Origin: an uncultured bacterium
Lineage (GTDB): Bacteria; Acidobacteriota; Thermoanaerobaculia; Multivoradales; JAHZIX01
Direction: 5' to 3'
NCBI GenBank assembly: GCA_965368975.1
Contig: CBDUPA010000029.1
Span: forward strand, 1-58,448
Length of the DNA stretch: 58,448 nt
In this document: in pieces, positions 20,077 to 29,414 of the stretch
Numbering within the stretch: position 1 is the first letter of the stretch
Layout: each line of letters begins with the position of its first letter
Position numbers and translations under genes: made by a program
Notes under the pieces: model-generated
What the model was told of the DNA's origin: nothing
The model's database searches: none
Seen by the model: the letters and a program-made list of their open reading frames with translations, nothing else

Positions 20077-22515
20077 TCAATCACTGCGCAGCGCCTGCGT
20101 CGGTGGGATGCGCATGGCACGGCGGGCGGGCAGGAAACAGGCGACCGAGGCCACGATCAGCAGCGCCGCGCCGACGACGGAGAAGGTCAAGGGATCACGT
20201 GCCTGAATACCGAAGATCAGGTTCTCCATCACGCGCGCCAGCACGATAGCGGTGATCCCACCGACCAGCACGCCGATGGTCACGAGGCGCATGCCCTGCT
20301 GCATCACCAGGCCGAGGACGTTGGGCCGACTGGCACCCAGGGCCATGCGCACGCCAATCTCCTGCGTGCGCTCGGCGACGCTGTGCGCCAGCAGGCCACC
20401 GATACCGAGCGCGGTCAGGATCAGGGCAAGGGCCGCCGACAGCGCCAGCAGCGTGGCAGTCAGGCGCGGCGATGCCAGCGCTGCGCTGCGCACGTCGCCG
20501 AGCGTGGTGATCGCCGACACCGGCTGCTCGGGATCGACGCTGTACAGTGCCTCGCGGATCTGGCGCGACAGAGCCATCGGCTCGCCCACGGTCTTGACCA
20601 GCAGACTGCCGCCAAGGCCCGGGAACTGGCGCACCGGTAGGTAGAGAGCGTCCCCCGGCGGCGTGTCGATCCCTGCCTGCCGGAAGTTGGCGATCACACC
20701 GACCACGTTCCAGTAGGTCTGGCCGCTGTTGAAGGTGAGTCGCTGACCGACCGGCGAGACCTCCGGCCAGTAGCGCTGCGCCAGGCTCTGGTTGACGATC
20801 AGCGCGCGGTTGGCCTCGGCGTCGTCGCGTCGATCGAAGGCCCGGCCGTCGAGCAGCCGCACGCCCAGCAGCTCGAAGTACTGCTCGCTGGCCATGACGA
20901 ACTCGGCACGCGGCAGGGCTTCGCCGGCGTCCCGGGGACGTCCCTCGATCTCGAAGCCGGTGTCACCGGGCGGGCGTTCGTTGAGAGGAAAGGTGCCGGC
21001 GACCGCCGCCAGCTGCACGCCCGGCGTCGCGCGCAGGCGCTCGAGCAACTGGTCGTAGAAACTGCGCCGCGACTCGTTGTCACCGTAGCGGCTCCAGTTG
21101 AGATCGAGGGTCATGGTCAGCACGCGCTCGGTGTCGAAACCGGTCTCGACGGACTGCAGCGCCCACAGCGTGCGCAGGGTCAGACCGGCGCCGACCAGCA
21201 GCAGGAAGGCGACGGCCAGCTGTACGACGGTGAAGGCGCTGCGCACCTGACGCCGGCCGCCGCTAGCGGTGGACTGTGTGCCACCTTCACGCAGGGCCCC
21301 GGCCAGGTTCTGGCGCGACAGCAACGCCGGCACCGCTCCGAAAATCAAGCCGGTGAGCACCGACACCGCCAGCGTGAAGACCAGTACCGGCGGATGCACG
21401 CCGATCTCGGCGGCGCGCGGCGTCAAGCCGGAAGCGAAGGTCACCAACAGGTCCATCGAGGCGTAGGCCAGCAGCAGGCCGAGCCCACCGCCGACCAGCG
21501 ACAGGATCACGCTCTCGGTGAGCAACTGCCGGAGCAGGCGGCCGCGCTCGGCGCCGAGGGCGGCGCGCAGGTTGAATTCACGGTCGCGGCGCACGACGCG
21601 CGCCAGTGTCAGGTTGGCGACGTTGGCACAGACGATCAGCAGCACGAAGATCGAGGCACCGAGCAGGATCAGCAGTAGCTCGCGCGCGTCGTCGGACACC
21701 ACCAGGTCGCGCAATGGCACCGGGACCGTGGTGAAGCCACCGTCGGCGTCGTAGTTCTCGGGATAGGCCTGGGCAAAGCGGTCGGCGACGCTAGCCAGCT
21801 CGGCGCGCGCCTGCACCAGCGAAACGTCCGCTGCCAGCCGGCCGTAGGACACCACCATGCGCGCGTCGCGGCTGCTGTCGGTGTTCGGGTCGATGCGGAA
21901 GGGACAGGCCGCGATGGGCATCCAGACGTCGTTGTCTTCCGGATACATCGGCGTCGGCGGCAGCACGCCGACCACCGTGTGCACGGCGTTGTTCATCTCG
22001 AAGCGCTGGCCGACGACACCCGGATCGGCGCCGAAGCGTTCGACCCAGAAGTCGTGCCCCAGCACCAGCACCGGCTCGGCACCGCGGATGTCTTCCTGGG
22101 GCGTGAAGAAGCGTCCGAGCTGGGGGTTGACGCCCAGGGAACCGAAGTACTCCGACGACACGACGCCGGTGCTGACCCGGATTGGTTCGTCGTGCCCGAG
22201 CAACACGAAGTACATCTGGTGGTACTCGCTGACGCGGTCGAAACTCTCCAGCTGACGCCGGTAGTCGCGCACCTCCGGCCCTGAGACGCCGAGACTCTGG
22301 ATATCGCGCAGCGGCATCTCTTGGCGCAGTTGCACGATGCGCTCCCCATGCGGATACGGCAGATCGTCCAGCAGCACCGCGTAGACCATACTGAAGATGG
22401 CGGTGGTGGCCCCGATGCCGAGCGCCAGGGTGAGCACGGCGACGGCGGTGAAACCAGGATGTTTGCGCAGCTGGCGCAGGGCGAAACGAACGTCGAGCAG
22501 GAGGGAATCGAGCAT
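20077..22515 (-). CDS. ABC transporter permease, ADOP (acidobacterial duplicated orphan permease; MacB_PCD/FtsX x2) family
   Basis: [42 protein letters not shown]; [11 protein letters not shown]; [13 protein letters not shown]; [10 protein letters not shown] end. ATG at 22515 with AGGAG RBS. Confidence 0.9.
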   Translation of the reverse strand: MLDSLLLDVRFALRQLRKHPGFTAVAVLTLALGIGATTAIFSMVYAVLLDDLPYPHGERIVQLRQEMPLRDIQSLGVSGPEVRDYRRQLESFDRVSEYHQMYFVLLGHDEPIRVSTGVVSSEYFGSLGVNPQLGRFFTPQEDIRGAEPVLVLGHDFWVERFGADPGVVGQRFEMNNAVHTVVGVLPPTPMYPEDNDVWMPIAACPFRIDPNTDSSRDARMVVSYGRLAADVSLVQARAELASVADRFAQAYPENYDADGGFTTVPVPLRDLVVSDDARELLLILLGASIFVLLIVCANVANLTLARVVRRDREFNLRAALGAERGRLLRQLLTESVILSLVGGGLGLLLAYASMDLLVTFASGLTPRAAEIGVHPPVLVFTLAVSVLTGLIFGAVPALLSRQNLAGALREGGTQSTASGGRRQVRSAFTVVQLAVAFLLLVGAGLTLRTLWALQSVETGFDTERVLTMTLDLNWSRYGDNESRRSFYDQLLERLRATPGVQLAAVAGTFPLNERPPGDTGFEIEGRPRDAGEALPRAEFVMASEQYFELLGVRLLDGRAFDRRDDAEANRALIVNQSLAQRYWPEVSPVGQRLTFNSGQTYWNVVGVIANFRQAGIDTPPGDALYLPVRQFPGLGGSLLVKTVGEPMALSRQIREALYSVDPEQPVSAITTLGDVRSAALASPRLTATLLALSAALALILTALGIGGLLAHSVAERTQEIGVRMALGASRPNVLGLVMQQGMRLVTIGVLVGGITAIVLARVMENLIFGIQARDPLTFSVVGAALLIVASVACFLPARRAMRIPPTQALRSD

Positions 22516-22698
22516 GGGTGCGTCTCCTAAGAGGGGCAGCAGCGCGGCCATACTGCCGCGATCCGCTACCACGATCGCAACCTAGCATCGGCCTCCCGCA
22601 CCGACTCGGGCCCGTGCAGCCTTCCACCACAACGCTGCAGTCGAGCCCCTGCTGTTGCAGGGAGGCCCCCTACCGGAGACGCCTGCGGCGCAGATCGA

Positions 22699-25131
22699 TC
22701 ACTCCATGTGCAGCGCACGTGTCGGCTGAATGCGCGTGGCCCGGCGTGCCGGCAGGAAACAGGCGACCACTGCCACCAGCAACAGCGCGGCAGCCACCGC
22801 CACGAAGGTCAGCGGATCGCGCGTCTGGATACCGAAGACCACACTCTCCATGACGCGCGCCAGCGCCACCGCTGCGACAGCGCCGATGACAATGCCGACC
22901 AACGCCAGGCGCAAGCCCTGCCTCATGACCAGGCCGAGCACCCTGTTTCGGTCGGCTCCCAGCGCCATCCGCAAGCCGATCTCCTGCGTCCGCTCGGCGA
23001 CGCTGTGCGCCAGCAGACCACCGATGCCGAGAGCGGTCAGAGTCAGCGCCAGCAGGGCCGAAAGCCCCAGCAGCGTCGCGGCCAGGCGCGGCGACGACAT
23101 CGAGTCGTCGCGCACGGCGGCGAGGGTGGTGAGGCCATAGACCGGCTGCTGCGCGTCGATCGAATAGACCGCCTCGCGCACCTGCTGTGACAGCGCCATG
23201 GGGGATCCCGCGGTCTTGATCAGAACGGTTGCGCTCAGCGACGGAAACTGGCTCACGGGCATGAACAGGATGGGGCCAGCCGGCACTTCCAACGCCTGCT
23301 GCCGGAAGTCCGTGACGACGCCCACGATGGTGCGCGTGCTGGTCGAGAACACCATCCGCTGGCCGATCGGCGAAGTGTCGGGGAAGTACGCGTCCGCCAA
23401 CGACTTGTTGACGACGACACTCAGAGGCGCTTCGGAGACATCCTCGGGGCCGAACAGCCGTCCGTCGAGCAAACGCACGCCGAGCACATCGAAGTAGTCG
23501 GGGCTGGCCATCATGAAATCCGCGCTCGGCAGCGTCTGGTCCGGATCGATGGTCCGCCCTTCGATCTGGAAATTAGTGTTGCCGGCGGGTTGCTCGTTGA
23601 GCGGAAAGGTACCGGCGATGGCCGCCAGTTCGACACCGGGAATCTCGTGCAGTCGGTCGAGCAGGGTGTCGTAGAACGTGATGCGATCCAGATTGTCGCC
23701 GTAGCGGCTCCAGTTGAGGTCCATGTTCAGCGTCAGTACACGCTCGGTGTCGAAGCCGGTATCGACCGCCTGCAAGGACCACAGCGAGCGCAGCATCAGG
23801 CCGGCGCCCACCAGCAGCGAGAAAGCCACGGCCAGTTGCACCACGGTGAAGATGCTGCGTGCCTGCCGCCGGCCACCACTGGCGGTCGATTGGTTCCCGC
23901 CCTCGCGTAGCGCGCTGGCCAGCTCCTGCTTAGCGGTGAAGGCCGGGACGGCGCCAAAGATCAGGCCGGTGAGCACCGAAATGGCGAGCGTGAAGAGCAG
24001 CACCGGTGGGTGAATGCCGACCTCGGCCGCGCGCGGCGTCAGGCTGGCGGCGAAAGCGACCAGCAGATCCATGACGCCATAGGCCAGGAGCAAGCCGAGA
24101 CCACCACCGACCAACGCCAGAATGACGCTCTCGGTGAGCAACTGGCGCAGCAGGCGACCGCGCTCGGCACCGAGCGCCGCACGCAGCGTCAGTTCCCGGT
24201 CGCGCCGCACCACACGGGCCAGGGTCAGGTTGGCAACGTTGGCACACACGATCAGCAGCACGAAGATGGAAGCACCGAGCAGGATCAGCAACATCTCCCG
24301 GGTCTCGTCCGAGACGACCAGGTCCCGCAGCGGCACCGCCTCCAAGTTGAAGCCGCTAGCTTCCGGGTAGAACTCCGGATTCGCCTGTGCCATGCGCGAC
24401 GCGGCGGTGGCCGCTTCCGCGGTCACCTGCTCCAACGAAGAATCCGGGGCAATGCGCCCGTACATCGCCACCATGCGTGCACGACGGTTGGTGTCGGTGT
24501 TCGGTGCGATGCGGAACGGGCACGCCGCGATCGGCATCCAGACATCGTTCTCCTGCGGGTACATCGGCACCGGCGGCAGGACCCCCACCACAGTGTGGAT
24601 GGCGTTGTTCATCTCGAAGTGGCTGCCGACGATCCCGGGATCGGCGCCGAAGCGCTCGACCCAGAAGTCGTGCCCGAGCACCAGCACGGGCTCGGAACCG
24701 CGGATGTCCTCGTCGGGCGTGAAAAAGCGACCGAGCTGCGGCGTCAGCCCCAGCGACGGGAAGTACTCCGCCGAGACGACGCCCGTGCGCACACGGATCG
24801 GCTCTTCACCGCCCAGCAGGACGAAGGTCATCTGGTGGTACTCGCTGACCTGGTCGACGCTCTTCAGCTGGGCGCGGTAATCCCGCATCTCTGGACCGGA
24901 AACGCCCAGGTCGTTGATACTGCGCTGCGACATGGACTGACGCATCATCACCATGCGCTCGCCATTGGGATACGGCAGATCCCCCAGCAAGATCGCATAG
25001 ACCATGCTGAAAATCGCCGTGGTGGCACCGATACCGAGCGCCAGCGTCAGCACGACGACAGCTGTGAAGCCGGGGTACTTGCGCAGCTGGCGCAGAGCGA
25101 AGCGAATGTCTTGCATCAGACTGTCGAGCAT
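22699..25131 (-). CDS. ABC transporter permease, ADOP family (paralog of 20077-22515)
   Basis: Same motifs and colinear with its neighbour; GAGGAG RBS. Confidence 0.9.
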   Translation of the reverse strand: MLDSLMQDIRFALRQLRKYPGFTAVVVLTLALGIGATTAIFSMVYAILLGDLPYPNGERMVMMRQSMSQRSINDLGVSGPEMRDYRAQLKSVDQVSEYHQMTFVLLGGEEPIRVRTGVVSAEYFPSLGLTPQLGRFFTPDEDIRGSEPVLVLGHDFWVERFGADPGIVGSHFEMNNAIHTVVGVLPPVPMYPQENDVWMPIAACPFRIAPNTDTNRRARMVAMYGRIAPDSSLEQVTAEAATAASRMAQANPEFYPEASGFNLEAVPLRDLVVSDETREMLLILLGASIFVLLIVCANVANLTLARVVRRDRELTLRAALGAERGRLLRQLLTESVILALVGGGLGLLLAYGVMDLLVAFAASLTPRAAEVGIHPPVLLFTLAISVLTGLIFGAVPAFTAKQELASALREGGNQSTASGGRRQARSIFTVVQLAVAFSLLVGAGLMLRSLWSLQAVDTGFDTERVLTLNMDLNWSRYGDNLDRITFYDTLLDRLHEIPGVELAAIAGTFPLNEQPAGNTNFQIEGRTIDPDQTLPSADFMMASPDYFDVLGVRLLDGRLFGPEDVSEAPLSVVVNKSLADAYFPDTSPIGQRMVFSTSTRTIVGVVTDFRQQALEVPAGPILFMPVSQFPSLSATVLIKTAGSPMALSQQVREAVYSIDAQQPVYGLTTLAAVRDDSMSSPRLAATLLGLSALLALTLTALGIGGLLAHSVAERTQEIGLRMALGADRNRVLGLVMRQGLRLALVGIVIGAVAAVALARVMESVVFGIQTRDPLTFVAVAAALLLVAVVACFLPARRATRIQPTRALHME

Positions 25132-25164
25132 GGTCTCTCCTCTTCTATCTCGAGGTGGGATTGT

Positions 25165-26907
25165 CTACCTCGAGGGGGAATCGGACGGCAGGTCGTAGCC
25201 CGCGGGTCCGCCGAGCCCGGCGAACAGCCAGGCGAGCATAAAATAACCGCGGCACGAGACCGGGTCCGAATCACCTTTGACCAGACGCTTCTGCAACTGG
25301 TAGAGCGCAGCGAAGGCACGCGCCGGCTCCTGGCGCAAGGCGTCGAGGATCTGGGGCACCGGCTTGGCCTGCTGCCAGTCCGTCATCAGGCCCAGATCTC
25401 CGACTGCCAGCTCTTGCGCTGGCACCGGAGGCGCCGTGACGAGGTCCCGATGCAGGCGCAGAAAGCGCGCCGCCTGGTCCAGAACTTGCTGCTTGAGTAC
25501 CGCGACCTGGGCCAGCGGCGCAGAGCCGAGCAGCGCCAAGTCAAGCACCTGCGGGGCATCCTCGGAGGGGATTTCCGCTTTCGAATCCTGGACCTTTTGC
25601 ACGCTGACGACCTCTTGGGCGGCCAGATCATACCCGTGCAGGTCTCGTACCAGGGCGCGCAGTGCCAGCAGGGTTCCCGCCACCTCGGCAGCCGGACAGA
25701 CCAGCACGGGTTCGACCGTCGCATCCGCCAGGGCCGCGGCTGCGGCTAGAAGCCCACCATCGACCCACTCGGCAGGCATGTCTTTGGCACCGTCCGCGGA
25801 CGGGCCAGCAGCGCCAGCAGCCAGCAGGGTCCTGAACTCGGGCCGCCAGACGAGCCCTGCTCCTTCGATCGGCCCAGTTCTCTCGACCAGCCCAGTTCTC
25901 TCGACCCGTTCCGCCCGCTCGGCAATTGCGCCCAACCACAGGCGTCCAAGACACCACTGCCCCGCTTGCACGTCGACGTGCCGTTCGGCCAGGCCGCGTG
26001 CCGCCAGCAGCTCGAAGTACTGCTGTGCCGCCTCGGCCGCCGGAGCACCGTCGCACACGCCGCTCCTCGACGCGACACCGGACTTGATCACCGGCGGGTG
26101 CGGCCAGGTGGCCGGCGAGCCGTCGTACTCGGGAGGCACCAGGCCGAAGCGAATCGGCAGGCCTGCACAGCGGGCGAAGCCCAGGTCGGTGGCGTCGTGG
26201 GCGGGATTGACCAGCACGGCACCGGTACCGAAACCGGGCTTGACCCAGTCGGCGATCCACACGGGCAACAAGTCGCCACTCAGCGGATGGCGTACGAAGC
26301 GACCGCTGAAGAACGCGCCTTCGCCCTTCTCCACAGCGGCGACAAACGGATGGTCCGCGTGCACCGCCAGCGCCGCGGCCACCGGACACGGCGACCAGTC
26401 GGTGATGAACACCTCCAGGGCCTCGTCCCCCGTCTCGGCGGGAAAGCGAAACAACGCTCCGGCCGATGTGCGCAAGGCCTTGGCCTGCTTCTTGTGCACC
26501 GCCTTGGGAAAGCGCTCGGCGGCCGCCGGCTCGGCCAAGCTGGCGTTGGCAGCGCGTGACGGTGCGTACCAGATGTCGAGCGCCGCTCGGCTCTCCCCTT
26601 CGCTCTCGGTTCCAACTCCTGGCGCCAACACCGCCGGACGAAACGACAGCAGGCCTGCGGCCGCTAGTCGCAGAAGCAACGCTTCCGGAGTCGGAGTCTC
26701 GACCTCGACGACCGGTGCGGTCGCGACGTCGTGGCCGTCCGAGAGAGGCTGTAGCTGCACCAGGCGGCCACGTTGCTGGGCTACCAGGCTGCAGCGCCGA
26801 CCATCCAGATCCTCACGGATGGCCGCTCCGGGGTCCGCGTCTCGATGGATGGGCGCTCCGTCCGCGCCGCAGTCGAGACTCGGCGGTACGGCAAGGATAG
26901 TAGGCAT
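25165..26907 (-). CDS. Degenerate leucyl-tRNA synthetase paralog retaining the CP1 editing domain (no HIGH/KMSKS)
   Basis: PLSGDLLPVWIADWVKPGFGTGAVLVNPAHDATDLGFARCAGLPI matches the LeuRS CP1 pattern PVW.AN.V...YGTGAVMAVP.HDQRD..FA..Y.L.I. Flanks also resemble LeuRS. Only 580 aa. Confidence 0.8.
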   Translation of the reverse strand: MPTILAVPPSLDCGADGAPIHRDADPGAAIREDLDGRRCSLVAQQRGRLVQLQPLSDGHDVATAPVVEVETPTPEALLLRLAAAGLLSFRPAVLAPGVGTESEGESRAALDIWYAPSRAANASLAEPAAAERFPKAVHKKQAKALRTSAGALFRFPAETGDEALEVFITDWSPCPVAAALAVHADHPFVAAVEKGEGAFFSGRFVRHPLSGDLLPVWIADWVKPGFGTGAVLVNPAHDATDLGFARCAGLPIRFGLVPPEYDGSPATWPHPPVIKSGVASRSGVCDGAPAAEAAQQYFELLAARGLAERHVDVQAGQWCLGRLWLGAIAERAERVERTGLVERTGPIEGAGLVWRPEFRTLLAAGAAGPSADGAKDMPAEWVDGGLLAAAAALADATVEPVLVCPAAEVAGTLLALRALVRDLHGYDLAAQEVVSVQKVQDSKAEIPSEDAPQVLDLALLGSAPLAQVAVLKQQVLDQAARFLRLHRDLVTAPPVPAQELAVGDLGLMTDWQQAKPVPQILDALRQEPARAFAALYQLQKRLVKGDSDPVSCRGYFMLAWLFAGLGGPAGYDLPSDSPSR

Positions 26908-26920
26908 ACGTCTAGACGTC

Positions 26921-28135
26921 CTAGAAGGCTTCGCGATACATCTCGGTCAGGTCAGGTACGGAGAATCTTACTGGAGTGTTCTCCAAAACTGGACCGAATT
27001 CGGCCGCAAACTTGCCCAGGCGATCGAGGTCGCCTTTCTGCACGCCGTGATGACGTAGGCCGAGCGGCAGGTCTAGACGCTGCATCAGGTCTTGCCACCA
27101 GGCCGTCAGCTGAGCCCCCGGCTCGGCACTTGAAGCTCCATCTGAAGCTCCATCCGCGACACCCAGCAACCGTGCGAGCTCGGCGGCCTTGGCGGGCAAC
27201 GCCGCGGCTACGCGACGCAGAACGGGCGGCCCCATGAGGGCATTGGCCAGGCCGTGAGGAATGTCGAAGTCGCTGGTCAGCGGGTAGCCGAGGGCGTGCA
27301 TGGCACCGGCGTTGGTGTTGGCCATGGCGAGCCCCGAGTACAGGCCACCCTGGCTGAGTTGTTCGCGTGCGTCGAGGTCGCCGCCATCGGTCACCGAAGC
27401 CGGCAGACCGGCCGCCAGGCGCGGCAGGGCGACGCGCACGACGGCGTCGGAAAATGGATTGGCCCGCCGCGCCCAGAACGATTCCACCGCGTGCACCAGG
27501 CCATCGAGCCCGGCGTAGGCCGTGTACTGCGGCGGCAAGGTGACGGTGGTCTCTGGATCGACAACAGTAGCGCGTGCCTGCACGTGGATGCCTGAGACGA
27601 CTTCTTTCTTGCGCTCCGTCGGCCCCAGGATGACCGCGTGGCTCGACACTTCCCCGCCGCCACCGGCGGTGGTCGGCACCAGGATCAGCGGCAGCGGTGG
27701 TTTGCGCGCCGCGTCGAAGCCGTAATAGTCGGCGGTGCGACCGCCGTTGGTGACCAGCAGCGCGGCGACCTTGGCAACGTCCAGCACGGTGCCACCACCG
27801 AGTGCCACCAAAGAGTCGTGCGCACCGGCCAGCGCGGCGTCGCGACAAGCCTCGGGCTCGGTTTCGAAAGCCTTCGAGGTGACGCCGTCCCAGACGGGTA
27901 CCTCGCTGCCGTCTTCGGCCAATCCCTGGCCACCCCAGGCCGCCGCCAGGCGGGCGGGGAGCCCGGTGGCGACGACGCCGGGATCGGAGACCAGCAGGGG
28001 CCGGCAGCAGCCCAGTTCCTCGAGCAGAGCCGGCACCTGCGCGACGGCACCACGGCCGAACAAGAGCACCGGCGGCATTCGCAGGCGCAAGACCTGCGCT
28101 TCCGCGAGAATGGCGGCAGGATCACGTTCGGCCAT
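26921..28135 (-). CDS. Iron-containing (type III) alcohol dehydrogenase
   Basis: ALGGGTVLDVAK, VPTTAGGGGEVS; metal ligands DGLVHAVE, MHAL, PHGLAN. Confidence 0.92.
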   Translation of the reverse strand: MAERDPAAILAEAQVLRLRMPPVLLFGRGAVAQVPALLEELGCCRPLLVSDPGVVATGLPARLAAAWGGQGLAEDGSEVPVWDGVTSKAFETEPEACRDAALAGAHDSLVALGGGTVLDVAKVAALLVTNGGRTADYYGFDAARKPPLPLILVPTTAGGGGEVSSHAVILGPTERKKEVVSGIHVQARATVVDPETTVTLPPQYTAYAGLDGLVHAVESFWARRANPFSDAVVRVALPRLAAGLPASVTDGGDLDAREQLSQGGLYSGLAMANTNAGAMHALGYPLTSDFDIPHGLANALMGPPVLRRVAAALPAKAAELARLLGVADGASDGASSAEPGAQLTAWWQDLMQRLDLPLGLRHHGVQKGDLDRLGKFAAEFGPVLENTPVRFSVPDLTEMYREAF

Positions 28136-28165
28136 GGTCGTCTCTCCGTAGTGTAGGGTCCCGGA

Positions 28166-29335
28166 TCAGGCCGGAATGATGTAGTGCTTGCGCTCGACCT
28201 TGGTGTTGGTCAAGACTTCGTTGCCGGTCTCGGTCACCACCACCGTATCGCTGAAGCCAACGTGACCATTCATCTCCTGGATAATGATCGACGGCACCAG
28301 GTGGAAGACCATGTTCGGCTCGAGCACCGTCTCGTCGTCCGGGCACAGCTGCATGATGTGGCACTCGTTCCAGCCCGGCGGGTAGCAGACGCCGATCGAG
28401 TAGCCGGTCTCGTGGGTGTAGTCCGGAATGCCCTGGCTGGCGATGTAGCTACGGCAGGCCGCGTCGACCTCACCGGAGGTCGCACCCGGCTTGATGGCGT
28501 CGATACCGCGCTGCAGACCCTCGAGGATGACCTCGGCGTACTTCTTGACCACGTCCGGCGGATCGCCCAGGAACGCGTTGCGCATCATCGCCGCGGCGTA
28601 GCGCTTGACGCAGCCCGAGTGCTCCAGGAAGACGATGTCACCATCGCGCAGCACGCGGCCTTCCCAAGTGCCGTGCGGCAGACCGGACCGCTCGCCGGAA
28701 ATGACGTACGGTGGGCTGCCCGGGTACTCACTGCCGCCCACCAGCGTGGCGCGGTAGACCTCGGCGGCGACATCGTTCTCGGTGGCACCCGGCTTGATCG
28801 CGGCGAGCGCCGCCAGCATGCCGTCCTGCGCCGCGTCGGCGGCCTTGCGGATGGTCTCGATCTCGAGATCGCTCTTGATCAGGCGCGTCGGCTCGACGAC
28901 ACCGGTGCCGTCCAGCCAGGTGGCGTGCGGCAGCTTCTCGGTGAGCTTCTTGTAGGTACGGATGGGGAAGAAGTAGGCACCCTCTTCGATCGCCAGCTTC
29001 TTGTTCTCCAGTCCCATGTCGAGGAGCGCCTTGTGGGTCACCTCGATCGGATCCTCGCTCACCGAGTAGGTCCGGTAGTTGTCCATCCAGGAGCGGCGGA
29101 TGACGTTGATCTTCTCTTCCAGGTAGGTGACGAACATCGGGTCACCCTCGGCCGGCATGATCAGCGTCTGGTACATGTAGTAGCCGGTGGTGGTGAAGCC
29201 GGTGAGGTAGTAAATGTTCTCCGGCACGCTGATCAGTACGGCGTCGATGCCGCGCTCGGCAATGGTCGCCTGGACCTTCTGGACGCGGGCCTTGTACTCG
29301 GCCAACGGAAATGGCAGTTCTGGATTGTCGCGCAT
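28166..29335 (-). CDS. M24-fold hydrolase, creatinase / ectoine-hydrolase (DoeA/EutD)-like
   Basis: ENIYYLTGF, RLIKSDLEIE, SGERSGLPHGTW, TGYSIGVCYPPGWNE, LEPNMVFH. Prolidase metal ligands largely substituted. GGAGGAG RBS. Confidence 0.85.
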   Translation of the reverse strand: MRDNPELPFPLAEYKARVQKVQATIAERGIDAVLISVPENIYYLTGFTTTGYYMYQTLIMPAEGDPMFVTYLEEKINVIRRSWMDNYRTYSVSEDPIEVTHKALLDMGLENKKLAIEEGAYFFPIRTYKKLTEKLPHATWLDGTGVVEPTRLIKSDLEIETIRKAADAAQDGMLAALAAIKPGATENDVAAEVYRATLVGGSEYPGSPPYVISGERSGLPHGTWEGRVLRDGDIVFLEHSGCVKRYAAAMMRNAFLGDPPDVVKKYAEVILEGLQRGIDAIKPGATSGEVDAACRSYIASQGIPDYTHETGYSIGVCYPPGWNECHIMQLCPDDETVLEPNMVFHLVPSIIIQEMNGHVGFSDTVVVTETGNEVLTNTKVERKHYIIPA

Positions 29336-29414
29336 GTGGACTCGATCTCCTCCGATATTTCAGGTGTTCAGGGTTGATAGCGATGTTGAGTTGAAATCAA
29401 CGAGGGCCCCTTCG

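Noticed and set aside
25165-26907. A functional second LeuRS acting as an inhibitor-resistant target copy (AgnB2-like)
   Set aside because: It has no HIGH or KMSKS motif and is too short, so aminoacylation is implausible.
24010-29377. Long plus-strand ORFs 24010-25749, 25364-27058 and 28184-29377
   Set aside because: They are antisense to well-supported minus-strand genes and have no family motifs.
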